A stretch of DNA of 47,995 nt, taken from Octopus bimaculoides (taxonomy: Eukaryota). Below the pieces are notes generated by a model that saw only the letters and a program-made list of their open reading frames with translations, did no database searches and was not told the origin of the DNA. A program made the translations under genes and the position numbers. This document shows positions 34,387 to 47,910 of this stretch, piece by piece (positions within the stretch are counted from its first letter, which is position 1; every line of letters starts with the position of its first letter). The stretch is from positions 46,754,518-46,802,512 of the forward strand of contig NC_068997.1 in the NCBI RefSeq assembly GCF_001194135.2. Direction: 5' to 3'.

Positions 34387-34865
34387 CAATGGACTTCTTT
34401 CAGTTTCTGCCTACAAATCCACTCATAAGGCTTCGGTGAGCCCAAGGCTATAGTAGAAGACACTTGTCAGTGGTGTCACACAGTGGGACTGAACCTGGAA
34501 TTATGTGGTTGTGAAGTAAGCTTCTTACCACACAGCCCTGCCACAGTAACTTTATCTCAACAAATTACATTTAACCCATGCAGAGATGGGAAAATGGACA
34601 ATAAAATATTCATGACAATGATGATGATATTCATCACATAAATATGATCTTAATTCTTTTAAATTTTGTGTTGATTGTTTTATAATTCTCAGAGCAGTTT
34701 CTCATTAAATTTTTTTTTTAAAAAAGCAACAACAAAATATTCCTTTTCTTTTCTTTTGTAACTTTCACCATTCTAATTAGTGACTTGAGGGTCTGTTTTA
34801 TTGCTGGTTTCTTGCCGTCTAATTGGAAATCACTTCCAATAATCTTTCCAGTTTTAAATTTTTAA

Positions 34866-35101
34866 CAGTGGTTCTTAATCGGGGTTCATACAAGATTTTG
34901 CGGTAAAAATTTACAAGCAATAAATTGATTAAATTTCTACAATACACAAAATAGTTTAACAACTCTTTTAATGCAATTCCTAATGATATTTAATTACAAA
35001 GATATAATGGGATTTTTTAAACATCAAATGGCTATGAGGGTCCAGCTGAGTAAAATAGTAATCAAAGGGGTCCATGGACAAAAAATGGTTGAGGGCCACT
35101 A
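34866..35101. mobile_element. hAT MITE, same family as 19644-19911 in opposite orientation
   Basis: CAGTGGTTCTTAATC ... GGTTGAGGGCCACTA; the reverse complement is collinear with 19644-19911; TSD degraded (ATTTTTAA / GTTTAGAA). Confidence 0.85.
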
Positions 35102-35161
35102 GTTTAGAACAAAAAAAAAAAGGAAAGAAAGGACTGATAAGACTAATATATAGGTCAATAT

Positions 35162-35840
35162 CAGTGGTTCTCAACCAGGGTCCATATGACCCCTAAGGGT
35201 CCATATAAGATTTTTGAGGGCCCATGCAAGCAAAGGAATAACTTGGGGATCCTCATTAGTATTTTAAGGGCTCATGAAAAAAAATTTGTATTAGATGTAT
35301 TTATTGCAAGAAATAACTAGGTTTTTTTCTCTAATGGTCCATATAAAATTTTTAGGGGTCCATGCTAACAGAGGGGTAAATTGGGGATCATTGGTAGAAT
35401 TTTAAGGGTCCATGAAAAAATTTTGCATTAGATATATTTATTGCAGGAAACAACTAGATTTCTTTCTCTAATGGTCCATATAAAATTTGAGGGGGTCCAT
35501 GCAAGCAAAGGAGTAAGTTGGGGATCCTCCGTAGTATTTTAAAGATCCTTGAAAATATATTTTGCATTAGATGTATTTATTGCAAGAAACACCTAGGTTT
35601 CTTTCTCTAGCACTTTACATAGTTCAACATGTGTCCAGCCATTGGAACATTCTTACCATTGTTCTCTTCGTGAGTGCTATTGCAAACTTACAAAAGTGAA
35701 CGTGTGAGGAACAAAATAGGAATTTTGAAGGAAGCATCGATAAAACTAGTTTTTCATCATCAAAAGTTTATGATGAGGGCCCACCAGATTGAAACAATAA
35801 CCAAACGGGTCGATAGGTATAAAATAGTTGAAAACTACAG
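35162..35840. mobile_element. hAT MITE with three internal ~137-bp tandem repeats
   Basis: TIR CAGTGGTTCTCAACC versus AGTTGAAAACTACAG (11/15); TSD GTCAATAT / GTCTATAT (7/8); units start at 35198, 35336 and 35473. Confidence 0.85.
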
Positions 35841-36185
35841 GTCTATATCCACAAGCAAAATGTGAGTGGGAGGATCTAAGTAAAATAAAGTGAAGCCCTT
35901 GACAATTTAATAACCACTTGTATTTATTTATATAACAACTGGAGACCAGTCAGATAGAAACAGCCTGAAGAATAACATTTGTTGAGAATAGGACTTGTGT
36001 AAGTTTTGAGTAGAATGCTTACTCACTCACAAAATACCCTAAAATACCAACTTGACTAATAACACTCCTGAGGATGGGCAAGGGTGTGGTCGAAAAAAAA
36101 CACTTCATATTCTCAAGGGTAGCAGACTTTGCTTTTTTTTTTTGTTCCCTGCAGTCCAGTAACAGATGTTTAGACCTATATGTAG

Positions 36186-36222
<37 letters not shown>

Positions 36223-37453
36223 GAACAACAAAAAAAGAATACTTGGTTATAAAAATGAATGAATTAATATACACTTGCAAATATAACCAATCATAATATT
36301 AAGAACACATGCTTAAATATACATACATATATATATATATAGATATGTCTTGTGTGTGTATATATATAGTTTCAAAGCAAACTTGCAGTTTCGTTCAGCT
36401 AGTTTTGAAGTGTGTGTGTGTGTATACACATACACACTCAGACACATGCACATATATGCATACATAATTATATATATATATATACACACACATACATACA
36501 TATATATACACATACATAAAACACACACACACACAAACAAACATATATATACATAAGTATACACAAGTTTATACATACATATATATATATACATGCATAC
36601 ACACACATTTATCTCTGTGTGCATACACACACACACACTCATGTATACCAGAGTTTTTTTAATATCATCTGGCAATGGTTCATTAGAAAAACTACAGTGA
36701 CTGTTGATTGAAAGTCAAGTTGGGTGGGCGAGGGTGGAAGGGGTTTGAACAGTTTTGTCACAGACTGAATCTACTTGTTCTTTTCTTTTCTTTGTTTACT
36801 ATCTAAATATAACACATACACATTTATAAAGCACCTGCACCTACCCACACACACTTACCCACATGCACACACACATGAACGCACATACACATGGTGACCA
36901 AAGAAGCATGCACGAACGTCTAGATGTGTGTGCGTGTGTATGCATGAGAGAGAGTGTGTGTGTGTAGACACACAGGCACACACACAAAACTATGCTTATA
37001 TTTACACATATTTACATAAGACAGATATACACTGACTAAGACATGCTAAAAACCACCTCTACATGCATATGTATACATATATATACATACATATATATAT
37101 ACATATACACATACATATATATATATATACACATACATATATACATACATATATATATACACACATATATATACATACATCACACATACATACACATACC
37201 AACATACATACACATACCAACATACATACACATACCAACATACATACACATGCATACATACACATATATACATACATATACATACATACATAAATACACA
37301 TACATACATATATATATATGAGAGTGTGTGAGTAAAAGTGGGAGTGTGAGAGTGTGTGTGAGTGCATGCATACAGCTATACATACCCACATAGACACACA
37401 CGAACATTTTTCTAACAAGCACACATATCAACACAACACACATATACTCCATG

Positions 37454-37492
<39 letters not shown>

Positions 37493-37892
37493 TAAACGCA
37501 TAGACACACAGTAAATGAGTTTGAAGGAAGCCATCCATTGTTCTTAGTGTAAACTTAAAGAATGGTTCTGTTCAGTTCTAAAGATGATGGTAAACATCTA
37601 GAGGCAGCATCTATAAACTGTTGTCTATTATTGGCATTTATTCTTCATCATCAGCAGCATCAAGACTAACTTTGTTATCTGTATGATGAAGACGACGATG
37701 ATGATGGAAATGATGATTATGGTGATATAAATCATCTTTATCATTCAAATTGATATCGTTAGCTAGTATTACTAGCATTTACTAATAACACACACAATTT
37801 TACTAAATAAATATATGACCACCACAACAGTAATACAAGAACAGCGATGACAGTACTGACATCAATAGTGATGATGATGACGATGATAATTC

Positions 37893-38021
37893 TTTCTACT
37901 ATAGGCACAAGGCCTGAAATTTTGTGGGCGGGGTCTAGTCAATTATGTTGACCCCAACGCTCACTTGGAACTTATCTTATTGACCCTGAAGAGATGTTGA
38001 TAAAAACAACAATAATATTTC

Positions 38022-38068
<47 letters not shown>

Positions 38069-38320
38069 TAATCATAATAAAAATAATGATGATTTCACTA
38101 ATGATAATGATCCTTTCTACTGAAGACACAAGCCTGGAATTTAAGGGGAGGGAGATAGTCAATCACATCGATCCCAGCACTTGACTGGTGTTTAATTTAT
38201 CGACTCCAAAAGGATGAAAAGCAAAGTTGACCTCAGTGGAATTTGAACTCAGAATGTAGCAGTGGGCAAAATACCGCTAAGCATTTCACTCGGTGTGCTC
38301 ACGATTCTGCTGGCTTGCCA
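37893..38320 (-). mobile_element. Two family D SINEs (37893-37995 partial, 38110-38320) separated by (AAT)n
   Basis: GGCACAAGGCCTGAAATTT and GACCTCAGTGGAATTTGAACTCAG motifs. Confidence 0.85.
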
Positions 38321-39117
38321 CAATAATAATAATAATAATGATAATAATGATGATGATTTCACCTCACCACCTCTCTGCTAAATATTGTATCCTAAGCATA
38401 TCTCTTTCTCTTCACCTTTTACTTCTGTAAACTTTTAACCAAGTAATGAGTATTCCTTCCTCACCCCATTGCATGTCGTTAACACTTCACTTTTCCTCTT
38501 TTTCTCTTGCCTTTGCCTCTACCTTCAGCTGACCACGTGACACATTTGGTCTAAGTGTATTACTATTAATCACCTTTCTCTACTACTTCCTATCTTCTTT
38601 CTTCACTCTTCCATCTTGCTCCCTCTCTCTCTTACTCTTCCTCCACAACTAACTACAGTATAACAGGCTGATGAACAAACAAATCATTATATAGATCAGC
38701 TGACCTCATGCTGTCAAAAATGACAGCTAATTGTAGTATTTTGTATATAAATAAGGTACAAAATAATCACACATACAAATATTCACATACTTCCCTTGTA
38801 CACACACAGACATACATATACTCACACAGAATTGAAACACTGTTTGAATTTTCTGTTCAGTGTTGCATGTTCACCATCCCATTTCCATTGCACAAACACA
38901 CACACACACACAAACATTCACATACCTCCCTTTTACATATATACACATATAACACAGAGTTGAAACGCTGTTTGATTTCTTTCACCATAGAACTTCCATC
39001 ATCCCACTACCAAATTTGCCATTCCCCTTCCTTCCTTATTCATCTATTACCCCTTCCTTTCTCATTCATATGTTGTGACGGAGAAAAACAGATGAGTATT
39101 ATTATAGTAGATTATTG

Positions 39118-39340
39118 CAGTGAGCTGGCAGAATCGTTAGTACACAGGACAAAATTCTCAGCAGCATTTTGTGTCTCTATGTTCTCAGTTCAAATTAAGC
39201 TGAGGTTGACTTTGCCTTTCATCCCTTTGAGGGGAGGGGCGTCAATGAAATAAATACCAGCTGAGCACCAGGGTTGGTGCAATCGTCTCCCCCACCCACC
39301 CCACAAAATTTCAGGCCTTGTGCCTATAAGAGAAAGGATA
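39118..39340 (+). mobile_element. SINE family D
   Basis: GAGCTGGCAGAATCGTTAG...AAATTTCAGGCCTTGTGCC. Confidence 0.88.
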
Positions 39341-39554
39341 ATTATAATTGCTACTATAATTGTTGTTGATAATAACTGACTTCTCCGTTCAGTAATTATA
39401 ATAATAATTATCATTATTATAATTAGTGTCATTAGTGTAACAGCAACAACAGGAAGAACTTCAATGGAAAGATGGAAAGTAATTATCTGAGAGGAGAAAA
39501 AAATGTACTGGGGAAGGGAAATCAATACAGACTATTTTCAACTCATTTGTATTT

Positions 39555-40050
39555 GTGTGTGTGTGAGAGAGAGGGGGGGAAGGAGGGAGGAAGAGAGACA
39601 GAGGGGGAGAGAAGAGAAACAGAGAAAGAGAGAGAGGGAGAGAAAGAAGGTTATATGACATGGTTCTGTGGAGGAAGGGAGGGAGGAAGAGAGACAGCGG
39701 GAGAGAGAGAGATAGAGAGACAGAAGAGAGAGAGGAATAGAGAGTGATATAATAAGACATGACTCTGTGGAGGAAAGGAGGGAGGAAGAGAGAGGAGAGA
39801 ACGAGGAAGAGAGAGGAGAGAACGAGGAAGAGAGAGGAGAGAACGAGGAAGAGAGAGGAGAGAACGAGGAAGAGAGAGAAAAAGACAGAAGAGAAGTGAG
39901 AGAGGGAGAGGGAAAGAGAGGAAGAGAGAGAGAAAGAAAGAGAGAGTGATATATTAAGACATGGCTCTGTGGAGAAAGGGAGGGAGGGAGGAAGAGAGAG
40001 AGAGAGAGAGAGATAGAGAGTGAGAGTGATATAATAACACATGGCTCTGT
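39555..40050. repeat. Compound GA-rich minisatellite
   Basis: Four ACATGRYTCTGT anchors with GA-rich spacers; GAGGAAGAGAGAGGAGAGAAC four times exactly at 39782-39865. Confidence 0.9.
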
Positions 40051-40413
40051 TTCACAGCCAAATAATTTCATATACATGTTTGTACGTGTGCATACATGCA
40101 TGTGTGTGCATATGGTTATGTGTACACACATTGACCAAAGGGACGAAGGTTTTAATTTAGATCACTTGAAAATTGGGAAGTGCTACCATACAACTTGGGA
40201 TGGCCACAGGTGGATTCCTTAAAAGTTAAGTGACATGGTTTATACACAGGGTGAAAAAGGGTTAAAAAAAAAGAAGAACAATTTTAGTAGAGTAATGAAC
40301 TGTCAGAGCTGTTAGAACATCAGGTGAAGCGCCTTGTGATATATATCCCAGCTTCTTTCATTCTCAGTTCAAATTCCACTGCAGCCAAATTTGCCCTTAA
40401 CCCCTTCTTTTAT

Positions 40414-40698
40414 CTTTTACTTGTTTCAGTCATGGGATTGCAGCAATGCTGGGGCACAGCCTCGACAAAATTTAGCTGAATGAATCGACCAGAGTAGTTT
40501 TTTTTTTTTAAGTGGTTTCTTTTAAGTGGTTTCTTTTGCCAAATCTGTAAGTTATGGGATATTAAACACACCAACATCGGTCATCAAACAGTGGTGGGGG
40601 ACAGACACAAAGACACACACACACACGTGTGTGTGTGTGTGTGTGTGTGCGTGTGCGTGTGCGTGTGTGCGTGTGTGTGTGCGTGCGTGCGTGCGTGC

Positions 40699-40743
<45 letters not shown>

Positions 40744-40893
40744 ATGGTCTTTTTTCGGTTTCTGTTAACCAAATACAACCACAAGACTTTGGTCGAACCA
40801 AAGCTAGAGTAGATGATACCCAAGATACCACGGAGAGGGACTGAACATGGAGCCATGTGGTTGGGAAGCAAACTTTGTACCATACAACCATAC

Positions 40894-40894
<1 letters not shown>
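40414..40894 (-). mobile_element. SINE head A + long (TG/TGCG/TA)n + tail B (diverged)
   Basis: TTTTACTTGTTTCAGTCA tail; microsatellite ~40612-40740; GGGACTGAAC...CCATGTGGTTGGGAAGC head. Confidence 0.82.
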
Positions 40895-40943
<49 letters not shown>

Positions 40944-42240
40944 CCAATATCTATTTTGATCAGCCTTAGCAGAATGAAATGTTACGTTGACCTCAACAAG
41001 AATCAAACTCAAAATAGCAAATTGAGACAGTATTTAAAGCAATTAATAAAGTTGTGTTGTGCTTGTACCAAACTATCCCTCCACCCAAGTTAAATAATAA
41101 TAATAATGATAATGATAAGCCATTCTAATCAAGTGCATTTGTCTGATATCCAGGGGAGTCGGCCCAGCTAAAGAAGAGATGTCATAAATCAAGGAGGCTC
41201 ATCTTAATTTAATTGGGTGTAATTTCCTGTCAAGATTTCAAAACAAATTGAACTATATTTAAAACTGGTGGTCAGAAGGGAGTTTGGGGCAATGATGATG
41301 GTGGGAACGATGAAGATGGTGATGATGATGATTGTAATGAGAAAGATAGTAAGAATGATAATTATTGAGATAACGATGACAATTATTATGAAAATAAGGA
41401 TTATAACTACGACGACAATGATGATGATGAAGATTTCATTGGTGATGATTGTGATGCTGATGATGAACACAATGAGGAAGATTCACAGATAAGACACGAT
41501 GCCCAGAATTTAGCCCCATTACTGGGAAACATGGAGATATGATATTCACATCTTTCTTCTGTAATAGCAGGACAAATACTTCAAAAGAATTGAAAACAAG
41601 CAAAATGAAACAAAAAAAACCCCCAAAAACTAACAATAACTGAATGCTAACAAAGCCAGCAAATGTTAAAAAGTAATTTGAATAGCAAAGTACAATGTCA
41701 ATATGCCATAACGAGCACAAAACCAATACGAACAAGACATTTGCAGCATCAGTCCACAGTGTCTTCTTGTTGTTGAGTTTCAATGAAACCCAACGTAATT
41801 AGACGGTGGGAGTGAGGAGGGGGCGACTGGAGCTTGCGACATTAGTAATGTAGGAGAACAATGAAAAATATGACATATTACTGAACAAATTAGCCATCTA
41901 ACAACTGTCCATTCCGAGAGCAAAGAAGAGAGCTGGTGGTGGTGGTGGTGGTGGGGATGNNNNNNNNNNNNNNNNNNNNNNNNNNNNNNNNNNNNNNNNN
42001 NNNNNNNNNNNNNNNNNNNNNNNNNNNNNNNNNNNNNNNNNNAAGGTAACTATTAATGTTGTAATACTAACATTTAAAGCTGCAGGAAAAAGAAAAATGA
42101 AAACCAAAAAAAAAAAAAAGAGAAGAAAAAGAAAAAGGCCAGAAATTGGTGGAGGTTTCAAATGGCCACATCAGAAGCGAAAGCAGTTGCGGGGAGGGGC
42201 AGGGGAAGCAAAAAAAAAAAAAAACCGACAAACATACATT

Positions 42241-42648
42241 GGCACAGGCATGGTTGTGTGGTTAAGAATCTCACTTTGCAACCATGTGATTGGGGGTTCA
42301 GTTCCACTGTGTGACACCTTTGACTGGAGTCCCAGGCTGACCACTGCTGTTTGAGTGAATCTGATAGACAGGATAATACAAATATAAATGTATGTCTGTG
42401 TGTATCTTCATGTCAGTGTTTGTCACTGCCTCCCACACCTTAGCAACCAGTGTTAGTTTGTTTATATCCCTGCAACATAGCAGTTTGCTAAAATAGACTG
42501 ACAGAATAAGCATTAGACTGAGAAGTAATCAGAATAAAATAGACTGACAGAATAACTAGAAGAATTGTTGATTTGTCTGACTAAAATCTTTCAAGGCAGT
42601 GCCCCAGTATGGTCACAGTCCAACGACTGGAACAAGATAAAAGATAGA
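42241..42648 (+). mobile_element. Diverged SINE head A + tail B, followed by a head fragment (42650-42725)
   Basis: GGCATGGTTGTGTGGTTAAG...AGGCAGTGCCCCAGTATGGTCACAGTC...AACAAGATAAAAGA. Confidence 0.75.
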
Positions 42649-42727
42649 GGTATGGCATGGCTGGGTGGTTAACAAGTTCGTTTTGCAACCAGGTGGTTTC
42701 TGGTTCAATTCCACTGCATGGTCACTT

Positions 42728-42975
42728 CAGCTAGTGGCTTAGTGGTTAGGGTGTCAGCATCATGATCGTAAGATTGTGGTTTCGATTCCTGGAGCGGGTG
42801 ACGTGTTGTGTTCTTGAGCAAAACACTTCATTTCACGTTGCTCCAGTCCACTCAGCTGGCAAAAATGAGTAACGCTACGATGGACTGGCATCCCGTCCAG
42901 CTGGGGAGCACACACGCCATTGAAACTGGGAAATCGGGCCCATGAGCCTGGCTAAGCTTTAAAAGGGCACATTTA
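42728..42975 (+). mobile_element. tRNA-derived SINE, head G + V-domain-like tail
   Basis: TGGCTTAGTGG A box, GGTTTCGATTCC B box, same core as 583-720, then GATGGACTGGCATCCCGTCCAG. Confidence 0.85.
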
Positions 42976-43190
42976 TTATTTTATATATACATGTATCTTT
43001 ATACATACAATGCACATGCATCTCTGCATCTGCATTATTCATCATTTTGTTTGCATTTGGATGTGTACTCATAACTGTGGAGTTTCACATATCTCTCATA
43101 TAATTGACGTCAAACTTGGTTCACCTATGATATATAGTTGGTATTGAAAGTTTAGATTTGTGTATGTGGGATGTATGTATGAGTGAGTGT

Positions 43191-43226
<36 letters not shown>

Positions 43227-43980
43227 TATTATATGTACAATAATGAATATAAGTTGGTTGTCTGATGTGCCCCGGCAACACCATTAGTCGGTTAGTAATA
43301 AAAAGAGAACTTTTAATGACTAAAAAGACAAAAAAGAAAAAAAAAATGCTCAACTAATTTCTAAGGCAAGATGCAACACCATAAGTGCTGGAGATCAAGT
43401 CAACATCAAATGGAGGATATCCACACCAAATGATATAATTACAATTGAAAAACAAAAACAGCAAAAAAAAATCGAAGAAAAATAGTACAAAAAAATATAC
43501 ATAGATAAAAAGTTATTTAAGAATCAAAAATCAGCATAAAATAAAGATAAAAACTATTCAGAGAGGAAAGGAAACCAAAGAAAAATCAGAAGCAAAATAA
43601 TTGACTAGATGACGTTTCTTTTTAGAAAGTATGAAATTTCATGAATTACACAGTATATATATATATATATNNNNNNNNNNNNNNNNNNNNNNNNNNNNNN
43701 NNNNNNNNNNNNNNNNNNNNNNNNNNNNNNNNNNNNNNNNNNNNNNNNNNNNNNNNNNNNNNNNNNNNNNNNNNNNNNNNNNNNNNNNNNNNNNNNNNNN
43801 NNNNNNNNNNNNNNNNNNNNNNNNNNNNNNNNNNNNNNNNNNNNNNNNNNNNNNNNNNNNNNNNNNNNNNNNNNNNNNNNNNNNNNNNNNNNNNNNNNNN
43901 NNNNNNNNNNNNNNNNNNNNNNNNNNNNNNNNNNNNNNNNNNNNNNNNNNNNNNNNNNNNNNNNNNNNNNNNNNNNNNNN

Positions 43981-44013
<33 letters not shown>

Positions 44014-44376
44014 GAAGAGAGGACATTAATATGTTAATTGATGTATCAATGTTGAGTGACTGTAATGATGTGTAGGAGAAACTTGAGAACTTAATGAACT
44101 AGGATTTATGTTGATGTTAAAAATGTTGAATAGAGAATGTTGTGGCAAGTGAAGAAATGTCTGTTAGTCTGTTTATCATCCTTATTAGTAGAGCAGGAAT
44201 GATATATGTTCAGTTCTATATTAACAGATACTAAAAGGAGATGACTGCTGATAATAAATATCAGAAGTATTTCAGCTGAGATGATACTATGTAGGGACTT
44301 TCTCAGGGGTTACTTGACTTTCTAGAAATAACAACCAAAGGCCTTCCTGAAATCACACCCTCCCATCTTACAGAAA

Positions 44377-44407
<31 letters not shown>

Positions 44408-44427
44408 AATACCATGAGATATACATC

Positions 44428-44655
44428 TTTTCTGTTTGTCTTGTTTCAGTCATTGGATTGTGGGTGGCTGGCTGGTCATGCTGGGGCACCTTTTTCAGGG
44501 GTTTTAAGCAAATAAATTGACCCCTCACCCTCAGGACTTACATTTTAAGTGTAGTACTTGTCTTATTGGTCTGTTTTGCCAAATGAGTACAGGGATGTAA
44601 ACAAACCTACACCAGTTTTGAAGTAGTGTTGGGGTGAGGCAGTAAATGCAGACAA
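44428..44655 (-). mobile_element. SINE tail B (diverged)
   Basis: CTTGTTTCAGTCATT...CATGCTGGGGCACC...GTAAACAAACC. Confidence 0.7.
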
Positions 44656-44780
44656 CGGCACACACACACATACATACACAAGTATATACTTATATATACA
44701 TACACACCATTCATACACACACACAAACACACATATATACATACATACATATATACATACATACATACATACATACATCA

Positions 44781-45082
44781 TGGCACTCCGTCGGTTACGA
44801 CGACGAGGGTTCCAGTTGATCTGATCAACAGAACAGCCTGCTTGTGAAATTAACGTGCAAGTAGCTGAGCACTCCACAGACATGTGTACTCTTAACGTAG
44901 TTCCCAGGGAAGTTCAGCGTGACACAGTGTGACAAGGCTGGCTCCTTTGAAATACAGGTACAACAGAAACAGGAAGAAAGAGTGAGAGAAAGTTGTGGTG
45001 AAAGAGTACAGTCTTGGAATTGAAACCGCTACCCTACAACCATGAGTCCACTGCCCTAACCACTGGGCCATTTCAACTCCAC
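44781..45082 (-). mobile_element. tRNA-derived SINE with a different head/middle + tail X
   Basis: Minus strand TGGCCCAGTGG A box, GGTTTCAATTCC B box, CT-rich middle, then tail X ending GTCGTAACCGACGGAGTGCCA + (TATG)n. Confidence 0.85.
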
Positions 45083-45140
45083 ATATATACAAACATATAC
45101 ATACAATAGATACACATATATATACCTATATATACATATG

Positions 45141-45297
45141 ATAGGCTTCCATACAGTTTCTGTCATTCATATTCACTCAAAAGGCATTGGTTGGTTTAGC
45201 ACTATACTAGAGGACACTTGTCTAAGGTACTGTGCAGTGGGATAGAACTCAAAACCATGTGCTTGGAAAGCAAGCTTCCTAGTCACATGGCTATGCT
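45141..45297 (-). mobile_element. SINE head A (diverged)
   Basis: GAGGACACTTGTCTAAGGTAC...GAACTCAAAACCATGTG. Confidence 0.75.
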
Positions 45298-45634
45298 TAA
45301 GAATATTAACTCAGTCTAAAACAGAGATGAGTGCATATACTGCACTTAGCTGCAAAGAGATATACATGTACTGATGCAGCAGTGAAAAAAAAAAAAATAG
45401 AAGACCACCCAAATTTTCTAAATACCCTGGCATTTTCTGACTCACTTCAAAAAGCTCACGGAACACCTGCGGATTGCTGTGAAAAGGTCAGCTGTAAACG
45501 ATTCTATAAATATAGTCAGAGCATTCATAAATTTTTACTATTTATAAGTAAGAATTCCAAGAAATACATTGTATTATTTGTGATAGAAAGTAAACTATTA
45601 GATCAATCTCCTCAATAAAATGATCAAATATAAA

Positions 45635-45790
45635 TATCATCATCATCATCCTCATCATTTAATGTCTGTTTTCCATGCTGGCATGGGTTGGATGGTTTGA
45701 GAGGAGCTGGTAAGCCAGAGGACTGCGCCAAGCTCCACTCTCTGCTTTGGCATGGTTTTTATGGTTGGATGTCCTTCCTAATGCCAAACA
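45635..45790 (-). mobile_element. Family F/C tail
   Basis: CATCATCATC...TTTAATGTCTGTTTTCCATGCTGGCATGGGTTGGATGGTTTGA...GGTTGGATGTCCTTCCTAATGCC. Confidence 0.8.
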
Positions 45791-46067
45791 CTTTACCGTA
45801 GCAATGGTTTCTAATTTAAGTACAAAGCAAACTGCTTTGAGGGATGGGAGTTAATTGATACAATAAACTCCAAATAATCGATGTGACCCATGTATTTGCA
45901 TCAGAACAAACTCAGTAACAGTCACCTTAAAGCTAGATAATCTCAAACAGCTTTGAGATTAAGTCAAGAAAGGATATGACATTTTTGGTACAGATGTTGG
46001 TAAAGAATGGTCTGAGTCTCCCTGGCCTTTTTAGTTCATGCTAAAGGGCAGCCATTTTTGGGGAGGG

Positions 46068-46234
46068 GATAAGTTGATTACATCGACCCCAGTGTTTTAC
46101 TGGTACTTAATTAATCGACCTTGAAAGGATGAAAGGCAAAGTCGACTGTGGCGGAATTTGAACTCAGAGCGTAACAACAGGTGAAATACCACTAAGCATT
46201 TTGTCCAGTGCACTAACGATTCTGCCAGCTCATT
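46068..46234 (-). mobile_element. SINE family D
   Basis: GAAAGGATGAAAGGCAAAGTCGAC...GGAATTTGAACTCAG...CGATTCTGCCAGCTC. Confidence 0.88.
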
Positions 46235-47070
46235 ATTACTGAAAAGGAGGCAGAGACATGAGATTAGATAATGAGTACACTCACATATAGACACACATCT
46301 TTCCATTAATGTTTAAATCTTATATAACTGCATAAACACACACACACACATACATATATATAATATATTATATACATTTATGTTGTGTGTGTACATAAAT
46401 ATACAACATACATATTATGAAAGAGAGGGGAAAATGAAAGGAGATACATACACAGACATATCTATCTATCTATCCATCCATCTATCTATCTATATGTTTG
46501 TGTATATATATGTGTGTGTGTATATATCTCAGAGCAGACTATGAGAGGTTATAAAAGAGACAGAAGAGTGAGAGCTTGAAGTGGGAGGGGAGAGAGAGAG
46601 GGAAGGAGGGAAGCAGAGAAAAAAAAAGGGAGAAGTAGTGTACTACCCTTGGAGAATATTTGGGGGGGGGGGGTAGTGGAGGTAAAAAATAAAGGAGGCC
46701 AAGAACAATGTGGATAAATAGATCGATAGATGAGGAAGGTCACACCTACAGGGTTTAGTCTGGATTGGACGAGAGAGAGGGTGTTCCAGAAAGGCCATTT
46801 GCAAGGTGAAGCAAATTGGGAATTCAAAGAACCCCACCGAATCTTTCTCCCTAGAGAGGCATAGCAGTGGTAGTAGTAGCAGTGGTACTGGGAAGGGGGG
46901 AGGGGGCTGTAACCCATTTTCTTTTGAGTGGAATTACATTTATTCATTGTTTGCTTTTATTTTGTTATTTTTGTTTATTTCTTTTTCTTTTTATTGTTAT
47001 TAAATTTCGTTCATATTAATAAATTATATTTTTCCATTTACTAGATGTTTGTAATTGTGTAAACCTCCTC

Positions 47071-47102
<32 letters not shown>

Positions 47103-47877
47103 CACACCACGAAAGCACATACATATACATGTACAAGGAAACCACATACACACACACACAGGCACACACTTACACACAACCTCACTGCATGTGTTTTGGA
47201 TGTGTTTAGATTTTGCTTGTTTCTTTTGCATTATTATTTTTTTTAATTTGCAGCCCTTGAGGCAAAACACATCATCATCATCATTATCATCATTGTTATT
47301 ATTATTATGAATTCCGTTATTATTTCAATTATAATTATCAATTTAGAAAGAAAAGTGAGAGGGAGAGAGAAATACAATTAAAACAAAGACAGATGCAAAT
47401 GCTAAAACGAGGACAAGTATACATAGGGATATATGTGTATGTGTATATATACATGTGTGTGTGCGTGTGCGTATATATATATATATATATGTACATATAT
47501 ATATATATATATATATGCATGTGATGTATATAGATATACACATACACACAAGCATATGTGTGTATACAAACATACACACACACAAACACAGAAAGGGGGA
47601 GGGTGTTAAAGCAAAGATATACAGAGAAAGAGAGAGAGAGTATGAAAGAAAGGAAGAAATGCAAGAGGAGGGGGGGAATGAAGAAAGGGAAGGGGAGAGA
47701 GAGGCGGAAATATTTCTATTATTATAAAGTTGCACTTTCAGATGAATCTTGAGGGTAAAAAGAAAGAAAGGAGGAAGAAAGAAAGAAAGAAAGAAAAAAC
47801 CGTTCAACCTAATTTGTAAATATATTGCAGATATGGTGGTGTGGTAGTGGTGGTAGGAGAAATAACACACACACTTA

Positions 47878-47879
47878 CA

Positions 47880-47910
<31 letters not shown>

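Larger units (their letters stand above)
33178..34542 (-). mobile_element. SINE head A + tail B interrupted by a piggyBac-type insertion
   Basis: The tail ...GGAGCACTACCTTAA resumes as TTAAAGGGTTTTAGTCGAAG at 34138; head at 34390-34542. Confidence 0.88.

Noticed and set aside
36068-36100. Second hammerhead-like string CTGAGGA-T-GGGC...GGTC-GAAA
   Set aside because: Stem II has a G-G mismatch, GAAA runs into poly-A, and there is no stem III, GUH triplet or stem I partner.
39650-40050. CRISPR-like repeat-spacer look
   Set aside because: Eukaryotic context, spacers are low-complexity GA of very unequal length, and there are no cas genes.
42043-42140. Strong minus-strand polypyrimidine tract + CAG before ALNVSITTLIVT
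   Set aside because: The tract is an A-rich simple repeat and the putative exon runs into a gap. The similar + strand acceptor at ~36152 and 13-nt microexon at 47742-47754 are equally unsupported.
67-47870. The many ORFs of the supplied track (poly-IY, HT, VC, poly-V/G/H/T/S, EEERGEN)
   Set aside because: They are translations of micro- and minisatellites, SINEs or N-runs. Only the transposon/LINE fragments and two short candidate exons look protein-like.
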